From assembly GCA_002269645.1 (NCBI GenBank), contig NIVC01000834.1:186001-250000 (forward strand): a stretch of 64,000 bases of DNA. The letters run 5' to 3'. The position numbers and the translations under genes were made by a program. This stretch comes from Macrostomum lignano. Lineage: Eukaryota. The notes under the pieces were generated by a model that was not told the DNA's origin, did no database searches, and was given only the letters and a program-made list of their open reading frames with translations. How positions within the stretch are numbered: the first letter of the stretch is position 1; every line of letters starts with the position of its first letter. Shown here piece by piece: positions 48,028 to 64,000 of the stretch.

Positions 48028-49558
48028 AGTGCTGAATAACATTATGTACTTTAGAGAGCTGTTATTGAGTTTGTTTAAGTGAGCAGTCCTCTGGCTTAGC
48101 GGTTCTAGTCTCCTGTCGAACCAAATATCGGGCATGAATTTGGCCTTTCTTAGTTAGACAAAAATCTTTTCATCAAATACTCGCTACTTTCTACTTATAT
48201 CCGATTTGCAAGTAGTATTGTGTACGAATTATTACTATTATTATGAAAAACAATTATATTTTATCTGGCTTTTCTCTTGCGCGCCCGTATGTAATTAAAA
48301 AGTACAACCTGTCCTATTTAGTTATTTTGTTTCAAACTGTCATTTTGCACTTTTATATTTATTGCTTGAAAACGTTTTCTTCATTCATCGAGCTCGAACG
48401 GAAAACGGTGTTATTTGTACCTTTGAATTACAACGCCTTCCTAGCTTTTAGTTCGATTTAAATTCTGTTTCCAAATCTGCTTCTTTCTGTGCCCGGTTTT
48501 GCTTTTTTACGCTTCATTCTCTGCGGTATTAATTTAATTTAATTGCAAAAGGATCTCGAACATGCCCGCTTATGCTACTGTCTGTCAACAAGTAGTAGCA
48601 TGGCAACAAAAAAAAGTTTTTTATTTACGCATTTTTCATTTCTGCATATATAATGTGCAGTTTGGGCGCAAGAAACGTATTAATACGAACATCTTTGTCG
48701 ACCAAAATAGAACGGTAGTTGTACTTTTAACTTTCTAATTACATTTTTAGTGTCACTTTTAGCCTAGTCAAGTATTTGGCCCTTTTCAACAGCTGATTGT
48801 TTGTTTTGTTAATAATAAGCCATTAATGTTACTTGCAAAAGGTTATTATTCATCTAGAACTATTAATTTGCTCTTTTATGCTTATGTTACTACTAATTTG
48901 AAGTAGTTAATAAGTAGTTTCTACTCATTTTTGGTTTAGTCCATTCAACTCTGATCATACATTGATATTGCAAGTTTCTTTTTATATGCGCGTTTTTTTA
49001 TAAGTTTTTGCTAAGTACATGCTGTACTTTCTATTAGGCTTGTGTATTTATATGTTCTAAAAATCACAACTAATATGCCCAATTACTTATATTATAGCTT
49101 TTTTGCTTCTACTAATAGTAGCTTAATTACATGTTCAAATTGCAATCTCTGAACATTTCTTATCATGCGATTCGAAAGTTGAAAAATTTTAATCGCCATA
49201 TGAATTTACTCTTTTTTCTGTTAATTGCTACACTTATATACATCTACATATATTGCATGTAATATATATTTAAATATACGAAAAATGTATTAGTTCGTAT
49301 TATTTAATTATAGTTATTGTTTTTAAGTCTGATATTATGCCAAGTCATTGGCTTCAATTTGTTTATTTAGACTTTGTTGATTTTAATGAAGTTTTTATTT
49401 AGGCTGTTATACCAGCATTATTAGGTAATCGAATAACTTTATATCGCAGTCCTTAAAATAAAAAATTCAATTTATTGCATGCGATCGAGTATTTCCCAGT
49501 CCATACATTGATAATTTGGTAAAAAACAGACGGCTAAAAGCAATCGATTCACAGCTCA

Positions 49559-50662
49559 ATGTCTTCGGGTCTGCCATCTGGATGGAGCTCCAAGGTCAGC
49601 AGCAAAACTGGCCGGACCTATTATGTTAACGACGTCACCAAAGAGACCCAGTGGGAAGTGCCTACTCATCCGGCTACAGGTAATTATAAGTTTAAATGCA
49701 GCGTTTTTCTTTACATGTTTTGCCCATCTCTTCCCATCAAATACACAGGCCAGTCAATCCTTACCCCTCAATGTACACTAGCCAGTCAATCCTTACCCCT
49801 CAATGTACACTAGCCAGTCAATCCTTACCCCTCAATGTACACAGGCCAGTCAATCCTTACCCTTCAATGTACACTAGCCAGTCAATCCTTACCCCTCAAT
49901 GTATACTAGCCAGTCAATCCCTTACCCCTCAATGTACACTAGCCAGTCAATCCTTACCCCTCAATGTACACTAGCCAGTCAATCCTTACCCCCTCAATGT
50001 ACACTAGCTAGTCAATCCCTTACCACTAAAAATGTACACTAGCCAGTCAATCCCTTACCACTAAATGTACACTGGCCAGTCAATCCTTACCCCTCAATTA
50101 CACTAGCCAGTCAATCCTTACCCCTCAATGTACACTAGCCAGTCAATCCTTACCCCTCAATTACACTAGCCAGTCAATCCTTACCCCTCAATGTACACTA
50201 GCTAGTCAATCCCTTACCACTAAAAATGTACACTAGCCAGTCAATCCCTTACCACTAAATGTACACTGGCCAGTCAACCCCTTAACCCTCAATGTACACC
50301 TAGGCGACGGCGGACACGGCAGGGGCGGCACCGTGCGCTGCCTCCACCTGCTCGTGAAGCACCGCGGCTCGCGCCGCCCGTCCTCCTGGAAGGAGCAGAC
50401 GGTGACTCGCAGCCAGGAGGAGGCTGAGGCCATGGTGAAAGAGTTCCGCCGCCGGATCGTGTCCGGGGAAGCGAGTTTCGAGCAGCTGGCCGAGCTTGAG
50501 TCGCACTGCAATTCGGCCAAACGAGGCGGCGACCTCGGCGCTTTCGGCCGCGGCCAGATGCAGCCGCCCTTCGAGGAGGCCGCTTTCGCTTTGCAGGTTG
50601 GCGAGATCAGCGACCTGGTGTACACCGACAGTGGGGTGCACATTATCAAGCGGGTCTCCTGA
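49559..50662 (+). CDS. PIN1: Peptidyl-prolyl cis-trans isomerase Pin1 (WW + parvulin), 159 aa
   Basis: Exons 49559-49679 and 50304-50662 (phase 1). WW: LPSGW...[16 protein letters not shown]. PPIase: [52 protein letters not shown]. Confidence 0.95.
49741..50303. repeat. 32-bp minisatellite (AGCCAGTCAATCCTTACCCCTCAATGTACACT)
   Basis: Pin1 intron; runs right up to the acceptor. Confidence 0.95.
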
Positions 50663-51818
50663 GGAGACCGGACTGCCGCTGACTTCTCGGTGTTGTTAAT
50701 AAATTATTATTTGCTTTTAATAATCATAATTATACTTATAGCATTGCTGTTGTCCTGTTAGGCAGTTTAACCAAGTTTTTAAAGGACAAAACAAATAAAC
50801 AGTTTTTCTGTAACCATTTATAATATTTTCGAAAAAATATGGTTATTAGATTTTAATTTTACTCTATTTTATTAATTCTGCTGGAGATGCAGGTAAGTTT
50901 TAAGCAAAGCTCTTGGAAAAATATCCGACAGATAATTGAATTTGGATCTGAGCTTACAAATTAGGTATAAGCATCCATCACAATCACGAACCTAATAATG
51001 CTGTTATTATGGAATGTGGCATTCGCTGTTTTTCGTTGGAACACAGAAAGCTCAGGAATTCATAAATATGTATATGATAAAAGACAGCTCATAAATATAT
51101 ACGAGTATAAGCGCACCTTTGGAAAGAATCAGTTAAAAGTGCGATTGTAGAACACCCTTAGGTAGTATTATTAATACATTGAATCCAAATCATCATGGAG
51201 CTAAAGCCAAAACGAAGAAAAACACTTTGAATTTTTGAAAATAAACTTTTTTCAACGGTAAAACTGTTAGAAGTTAGCAAAATTACAAGCGTAAATTATT
51301 GGCAGACTAAGATAGCTAAATGAATCCACAAAAGCGCTAAACAAAGCATACATGTACTTTCCGCGTTGTTTTGGAGGCAATGTACATTGTTTCTATTTTT
51401 AGAAGCGACGTTATCTTGGACGGCGTGCGCCAGTCTAAATCCCCCAATGAACATTGGTTTTTTTAGACATGACGCGCGCATGAATGCAGCTTTTAGGCCA
51501 GTATATTTTCTATTTTTAGAATCGAGCATGCACAATACGTGTACATTTATAGCACATAATTGAGAGGTCTGTTCTTTTATGTAACAATGTACATTGTGTC
51601 TATTTTTAGAATCTGACCTACGCGCAAACTGGCTCGTAGAAGATAACTAGACGACAGAAAATAATGGACGGGTTTCCCCAATCAGGGATGCTATTTTTAG
51701 AAGCAACGCTTTCTAAGTAAGGATGATACAAAAGCAGTTTATGCGAACGGTTCTATGCTAATGTTGCAGCTCTACTCTGGTACATAAATCTTGTAAAAAA
51801 ACTTGCAAACTTCTTAGT

Positions 51819-56988
<5,170 letters not shown>

Positions 56989-57364
56989 TTTTGTTAGAAG
57001 TGCTGAAAATCGGGTAATGGAAAAAGCTATTATCTAAGTCTAGGCAGAATTGGAATCAAAATTTGGATGCAGCTGGGAAGAATTAAACAGAACAGGTGAT
57101 TGCTTCTTATGTCAAAATTTGAATTTAGACCTAGTTTGTCCTTTGACAATATGAGCTATGCTCATCAACATTTATCTAATATGGAAAAAAGCAAAATTTT
57201 TATGAGTACTAAATTGAAAATTCAAAATGATTTAAAAGTTTTAAGTCGAATAAATATGACTGATTTAGAGAAATTATTTTCTCTAAATTATTATTGAGCA
57301 TTCGTGTAAAGATTTTAACCAGCATTAAACAGAAGAGGCTTCTGTATGATTACTAATCATGTAA

Positions 57365-57368
<4 letters not shown>

Positions 57369-57400
<32 letters not shown>
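57369..57400. repeat. (AT)n microsatellite
   Basis: Short pure run. Confidence 0.9.
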
Positions 57401-57404
<4 letters not shown>

Positions 57405-59639
57405 TTACTTTACCAGGAATTCTAAATAAAATTTGGCAGTTCTGTGAGAAATATGCAATTTATGCTTAAAATTACAGTCGCGCTTTAGGTACTTCATAAT
57501 GGGCTGTTGTGTGCTGCCTATAGGCATTGAGGCAAAATCATTTTTTAGGTTTTTTACCTGTTTGGTCAGATTATTCAAGGCTAAAAATTACTTTTATTAA
57601 AAATAAAGAGCAGCCTGAGATTTTTCTACAAAATTCTACTAGATTAAACCGAATAAAGGGTATAAATCAATTGTATCGCTTAAGAAATTACAAAGTAAAA
57701 GAATCCTATTATATTGCACAAAAACTCATGTGCATATCATACAGAGCAGTAATGCAAGTGTCGAAGTGCGGGTTGTTTAACAAATAAGGAAATCAGGACC
57801 AATACTAAAGTTTTAAACGTTGAACTTCTCAGTTGAACTCTTTGACTCGTTTAGCATGATATATAAATGTATTTTACTGGATTGCTTCAAAGAAAACGAA
57901 TGATATCTAGCAGATCTATCTGATTTTATCGAGTTGAGCAACTGCTTCAAATTTGGAGACGGTTGTTAAGGCAAAATTAGTAAAACAAGAAAAAAAATCT
58001 TAAAATGCAAAGGATTTGCTTTTGATTTCCTGTTATTGTTGTTGCAGCTTATTCTTTATGGCACTCTTTTTTTAAACTGTCAAAAAGCTTTGTTTTACTA
58101 ATCCAAGCTAAAATCATAATAAATTCGTGAAGTATTGCTAAAGTAAGTAGTCAAATTGAGCTGTTTTACCATTTTTAGTTCTTGCGCTAAAGTCTGGCTT
58201 TTTATCACATCAAATCGAAACTATTTAGATTAGGTTCCTAATTAGATCTAAACTGCTATACATGTACGTATGTATAGCATGCATGCAGCATGCAATGAGC
58301 ATGCAATGATGCAATGAGCTGAATGAAAAAAAGGAGAAATTAATTATTTTCTTTCGTGAAATACTACAAATCCTTGCATTCAGAAGAATAAAAATCTGCG
58401 AGTTTCCTGGGTTTCCTTGCCCAGATTTTCTGGGCAATTTTCTTGCACGTTTTGAAGGCAATTTTTCTCTTAAAGATACTTTTGCAAGAAAAAGACCTGG
58501 GTAACATTTGAATAAAAGTAGGAATATCTCGCAAAATGTGAAAAAAACTTGAGTTGTTCGCGAGCACCTCATTTCGAAGCCTTCTTCCTTTGTTCGCCTC
58601 ACTTTGCCCGATCTTTTGTTGCTTTAAGTTGTCTAAAAGCATGTCAAAAATATGTTCGCTAACATCAGATCAGAAGAGAAAGGAATACCAGCCTTAGTGG
58701 GTATTGTATGGCCTTAGCCTTGCTGCTCTAGTCAACAAAATCGCATGTTTTGTCGACAGGACGTCGATGATGCAGTCTGCATCCTCTTCTTGCACTTGTG
58801 CGTCTTGCCCTTCCATTTGTGCATCTGCAGCCTCCGTTTTTCTTTTGCTAGACAAACGATTTTTAGCAAAATGCTATAGCAAGGCAAAAAACTTTTTTCC
58901 CGGTTCTGTACCCAGTCATGTTTGTGTCTCTCAAGATTCCACCCAAACCGACCCAAGAGGTTGGCCCATAGACGACGCTTTGCTTCATAAAATCTTATTT
59001 ATTTACTAATAGCTTTTTGCGTTCTAGTTTGGACTGCGGGCTTCTAATTTGGACACAGAGTTGAGCAAAGCCCAGAGAATGCTGGCTAATCTATGGCACA
59101 AACCAGAAGCAACTGACGGGCTTTTAAATTCGAGCGCAGCGAGCCAATAGGATTCCCTATTGGGAATAATTTTCGTTTTTTTTGTTTTATATTTATATTT
59201 CGAAAGTATATATTTGAAGGTTTTTTAAATGCATCACAATTAGAAAAGCAGTAATTAGCTGAGTATTAAGATTCTTCCTACGTGTGCATGTACTCGCGGT
59301 ACTTGTCTAATGCTAATAAATGTCATAGCGTTCAAATTAAATCGCTGAGCTACTTTTACATGCAGGGGCAAACCGGCAAAGCCAGGGATGCAAGCCGGCC
59401 GTGGCCCCATCGGCTGGCGGAAAGCACGCATATATTGGATGGAGACATTGCTCCTTGCGAAAGTTTTGAGCTGCACAAATTATAATCATTATGCAAGGTC
59501 AGATTTCAACACTATATAGATTTGCAATTTCCTCTGGACAAGTATCCGCAGCATTCTAGAAGCACATACATGTAATGCTGTATTCTCGATATGTTGTAAT
59601 TTGCTTCTCTTAAAAGTAGCCTAGCCTAGTAGCCTGCGA

Positions 59640-60452
59640 GATTGCTGCCGCCTCAGACACCCAACAAACTGCCGCCTCAGACACCCAACAAACTGCCGCC
59701 TTAGACACCCAACAAACTGCGCCTTAGACACCCAACAAACTGCCGCCTTAGACACCCAACAAACTGCCGCCTTAGACACCCAACAAACTGCCGCCTCAGA
59801 CACCCAACTAACTGCCGCCCCAGACACCCAACAAACTGCCGCCCCAGACACCCAACAAACTGCCGCCTCAGACACCCAACAAACTGCCGCCTCAGACACC
59901 CAACAAACTGCCGCCTCAGACACCCATCCCAACAAACTGCCGCCTTAGACACCCAACAAACTGCCGCCTTAGACACCCAACAAACTGCGCCTTAGACACC
60001 CAACAAACTGCCGCCTTAGACACCCAACAAACTGCCGCCTTAGACACCCAACAAACTGCCGCCTCAGACACCCAACAAACTGCCGCCTCAGACACCCAAC
60101 AAACTGCCGCCTCAGACACCCAACAAACTGCCGCCTTAGACACCCAACAAACTGCGCCTTAGACACCCAACAAACTGCCGCCTTAGACACCCAACAAACT
60201 GCCGCCTTAGACACCCAACAAACTGCCGCCTCAGACACCCAACTAACTGCCGCCCCAGACACCCAACAAACTGCCGCCCCAGACACCCAACAAACTGCCG
60301 CCTCAGACACCCAACAAACTGCCGCCTCAGACACCCAACAAACTGCCGCCTCAGACACCCATCCCAACAAACTGCCGCCTTAGACACCCAACAAACTGCC
60401 GCCTTAGACACCCAACAAACTGCCGCCTCAGACACCCAACAAACTGCCGCCC
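59640..60452. repeat. 24-bp minisatellite (GCCGCCTCAGACACCCAACAAACT)
   Basis: About 33 tandem copies. Confidence 0.96.
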
Positions 60453-60576
60453 TGAACACCCAGAAAAGTACTTAGAACATACAACTTTTCGAATTTTACC
60501 TACAAGGGCAATTTGCTATTTCTGTCATTTTCTGCGCTTGACTGGGAGGACACAGCAGCAATGAAAATCGCTGTCC

Positions 60577-60590
60577 GTTGCTATGACAAC
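60577..60590. promoter_or_regulatory. RFX X-box (GTTGCTATGACAAC)
   Basis: Exact fit to GTHNYYATRRNAAC; ~80 nt upstream of a minus-strand donor AG|gtaaaa at 60499; upstream of the AK5-like gene. Confidence 0.45.
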
Positions 60591-60934
60591 TCATTTTAAA
60601 CTTCCTGCAATAGAGCCGAAACGGCCATAAAAACATTTATGAGCCGAAATTTTGGCCCAGCCCAGGTGTTGAATTTTGCCGCATTGAAATTTTATTTATA
60701 GCTAAATTATTTTTTAAAACCACATTGTCAGGAGTTCTCTAACAAAAGTAAGTTTTTTGCCTTGTCCGGAAAACAACCAGGATTGAGTTTAGCTTTGTTT
60801 AAATTCAGCTTTTTTTATATTTACGACTGTTTTTCTTGCATCCATTGCTAGCGCGGTTCGCAAATACTTGTAAATGGAGCCGGATGCTTAGCTGCCTGCA
60901 CCACCGCATGAAATTTAGTTCAACACTTGTAGTT

Positions 60935-61594
60935 TGTGGCGCCAAAAATGGTTGGATCAGTGAGTGGCGCAAAAACTGTTTAAATCAGTGAGTAGCGCCG
61001 AAACTCTTTGGATCAGTGAGTGGCGCCGAAACTGTTTGAATCAATTAGTGGCGCCGAAACTGGTTCGATCAGTGAGTGGCGCCGAAACTGTTTGGATCAG
61101 TGAGTGGCGCCGAAAATGGTTGGATCAGTGCGTGGCGCCGAAAATGGTTGGATCAGTGAGTGGCGCCAAAAATGGTTGGATCAGTGAGTGGCGCCGAAAA
61201 TGGTTGGATCAGTGAGTGGCGCCGAAAATGGTTGGATCAGTGAGTGGCGCCAAAACTTGTTGGATCAGTGAGTGGCGCCAAAACTTGTTGGATCAGTGAG
61301 TGGCGCCAAAACTGTTTGGATCAGTGAGTGGCGCCAAAACTTGTTGGATCAGTGAGTGGCGCCAAAACTTGTTGGATCAGTGAGTGGCGCCAAAACTTGT
61401 TGGATCAGTGAGTGGCGCCAAAACTTGTTGGATCAGTGAGTGGCGCCAAAACTGTTTGGATCAGTGAGTGGCGCCAAAACTTGTTGGATCAGTGAGTGGC
61501 GCCAAAACTTGTTGGATCAGTGAGTGGCGCCAAAACTGTTTGGATCAGTGAGTGGCGCCAAAACTTGTTGGATCAGTGAGTGGCGCCAAAACTA
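60935..61594. repeat. 28-bp minisatellite (GTGGCGCCAAAACTTGTTGGATCAGTGA)
   Basis: About 23 copies, more homogeneous on the right. Confidence 0.95.
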
Positions 61595-62164
61595 AACTGT
61601 TTGGTGCAGGCAGAAACTACGTAAACCATCCAGATGGCATCTGGACGGCCACATAGATTTGGGGATTGCGCAAGAAAATTGATCTCCAGCTGGGTTGTTG
61701 TGAGATTTACACCAATGAGGGCAACCAGGATGGAGCAGTGATGGAACCATGATGGACTGATCCAGGATGGATGGTAAAATAATGTAATGGGTAGATCTAG
61801 CAGTAAAGTTTAGAGCTAGCTCACTTTGTTGTAGGAGCTCTAACGGTTTAATAAATAGCTTATTTTCAGGCTGAATTATTAGCTAAATAATAATATTTAG
61901 TAGCTGCAGCGCCCAGATATGACAGGAGCTGATATTATTGAAGTGTACAGCATTTCTATTTCACGCCTCGCTGCTCAGAATAAAAGATTTTTGTTTAGTA
62001 CCGTATAGCCACTGCGCCGAGCTCAACTTTCTCCGTAGAGCGGCAGGATAAATCGGCCTTTTATTACAGCTGAGCTACCGGGATCTATATGGGAAGTCGA
62101 TTGTATTTGAACTTTTCCAACTGCAATGAAGAAATACTCAGTAATAAGTATGTAAATGATTGAG

Positions 62165-63098
62165 GGGATTTAGAGTCGGAGATTTAGAATCTGGGATTTG
62201 GAATCTGGGATTTGGAATCTAGGATTTGGAATCTGGGATTTGGAATCTAGGATTTGGAATCTGTGATTTGGAATCAGGGATTTGGAATCTGGGATTTGGA
62301 ATCTGTGATTTGGAATATGGGATTTGGAATCTGGGATTTGGAATCTGGGATATGGAATCGGGGATTTGGAGTCTGGGATTTAGAATCTGGGATTTGGAAT
62401 CTAGGATTTGGAATCAGAGATTTGGAATCTAGGATTTGGAATCTGAGATTTGGAATCTAGGACTTGGAGTCTGGGATTTAGATTCTGAGATTTGGAATCT
62501 AGGATTTGGAATCTGAGATCAGGAATCTAGGATTTGGAATCTGAGATTTGGAATCTAGGACTTGGAATCTGGGATTAGGAATCTAGGATTTGGAATCTGT
62601 GATTTGGAATCTGAGAGTTGGAGTCTGGGATTCGGAATCTGGGATTTGGAGTCTGGGATTTGGAGTCTAGGATTTGGAATCTGGAATTTGGAGTCTGGGA
62701 TTTGGAATCTGGGATTTGGAGTCTGGGATTTGGAATCTGAGATTTGGAATCTAGGACTTGGAATCTGGGATTTGGAATCTAGGATTTTGAAGCTGGGATT
62801 TGGAGTCTGGGATTTGGAATCTGGGATTTGGAGTCTGGGATTTGGAATCTAGGATTTTGAAGCTGGGATTTGGAGTCTGGGATTTTTAATCTGGGATGTG
62901 GAATTTGAGATTTGGAATCTGAGATATGGAATCGGGGATTTGGAATCTAGGATTTTGAATCTGGGATTTGGAGTCTGAGATTTGGAATCTGGGATTTGGA
63001 GTCTGGGATTTGGAATCTAGGATTTTGAATCTGGGATTTGGAATCTAAGATTTTGAATCTGGGATTTGGAGTCTGTGATTTGGAATTTGGAATCTAGA
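62165..63098. repeat. 7/14-bp minisatellite (GGATTTGGAATCTG)
   Basis: Continuous tandem array. Confidence 0.95.
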
Positions 63099-63353
63099 AC
63101 CTAAGGAAAAATATTAAATGAAATTTTTAACGCACAATGAGCGCCAAGTCCTGTGCGAGGCTTTGGAGTTGCTTCACTCAATAAACTATCGTAAAGGTGC
63201 CCTATGCCGAATTTATTGATTAAGATTTTTTCAATGGTTTAATTGGAACTTATGATGTGGCGGCCTGGCTTAGTTTTATTTTTTATTGCCTCAGGTGTGC
63301 AGGCTTATCAGTCCGCCGATAGGTAATTATCAAGTAATCAGCTCGCAAGGCAA

Positions 63354-63562
63354 TTAGCGCTTCTTGTAGTCGGCAAATCGTTTGTAGTCGGCGAAACGTT
63401 TGTAATCGGCGAAGCGCTTCTTATAGTCGGCGAATCGTTTGATGTTCAGACCGACAGGCTGGCGGTCCAGCAGCTGCTTCAGGCTCAGGGACCGGAGAGG
63501 CTCAATTGCAGACCAGCGCTGACGGCCGGACGACTGCGGCTGCGGCATCCGCTCTGGGGGGT
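63354..63562 (-). CDS. Terminal exon of a probable neuropeptide precursor with four FADY repeats (gene continues beyond window)
   Basis: Acceptor actttcag| at 63562 (alternative ttttctcag| at 63581); ...VGLNIKR-FADY-KKR-FADY-KR-FADY-KR-FADY-KKR*; copies differ only at synonymous positions; two AATAAA ~70 nt after the stop (63275-63287). Confidence 0.72.
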
Positions 63563-63599
63563 CTGAAAGTTTTGTTGCTAACTGAGAAAACAAAATTCA

Positions 63600-64000
63600 C
63601 CTGCAGAGGGGAGTCAGCTGCAGGGGGGGGAGTCAGCTGCAGAGGGGGGAGTCAGCTGCAGGGTGGGGGAGTCAGCTGCAGGGGGGGAGTCAGCTGCAGG
63701 GTGGGGGAGTCAGCTGCAGGGGGGGGAGTCAGCTGCAGAGGGGGGGGGAGTCAGCTGCAGGGGGGGGAGTCAGCTGCAGAGGGGGGAGTCAGCTGCAGAG
63801 GGGGAGTCAGCTGCAGAGGGGGAGTCACCTGCAGAGGGGGGAGTCAGCTGCAGAGGGGGGGGAGTCACCTGCAGAGGGGGGAGTCACCTGCAGAGGGGGG
63901 AGTCAGCTGCAGAGGGGGAGTCAGCTACAGAGGGGGGGAGTCACCTGCAGAGGGGGAGTCAGCTGCAGAGGGGCGCCAGCTACAGAGGGGGGAGTCACCT
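63600..64000. repeat. 17-21-bp G-rich minisatellite (GGGGGAGTCAGCTGCAGA), truncated by window end
   Basis: Presumed intron upstream of the FADY exon. Confidence 0.95.

Overview
Eukaryotic (animal) genomic DNA with short GC-rich exons in AT-rich background. Almost every intron is filled by its own mini- or microsatellite. This architecture suggests a free-living flatworm such as Macrostomum (inference only). By reading GT-AG junctions and checking reading-frame phase I reconstructed six spliced genes: an SLC17-family MFS anion transporter (-, with one frameshift), an unknown ~466-aa protein with a possible TIR/SEFIR-like C-terminus (+), a tetraspanin (-), a SEPT7-type septin (+), Pin1 (+) and an AK5-like protein with an added IQ motif (-). 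At the right edge is the last exon of a probable neuropeptide precursor carrying four KR-flanked FADY copies. Mobile elements: a tRNA-derived SINE, two decayed non-LTR retrotransposons, a non-autonomous hAT element with a nested element, and two related MITEs with 8-bp target-site duplications (TSDs). One MITE carries a 64-nt copy of the conserved 28S rRNA segment targeted by R2 and I-PpoI. Nearly all long ORFs in the supplied track are artefacts of tandem repeats. The best leads are the FADY prohormone, the 28S-bearing MITE, an exon bracketed by inverted minisatellite introns, and intron arrays built from splice-site-like units.
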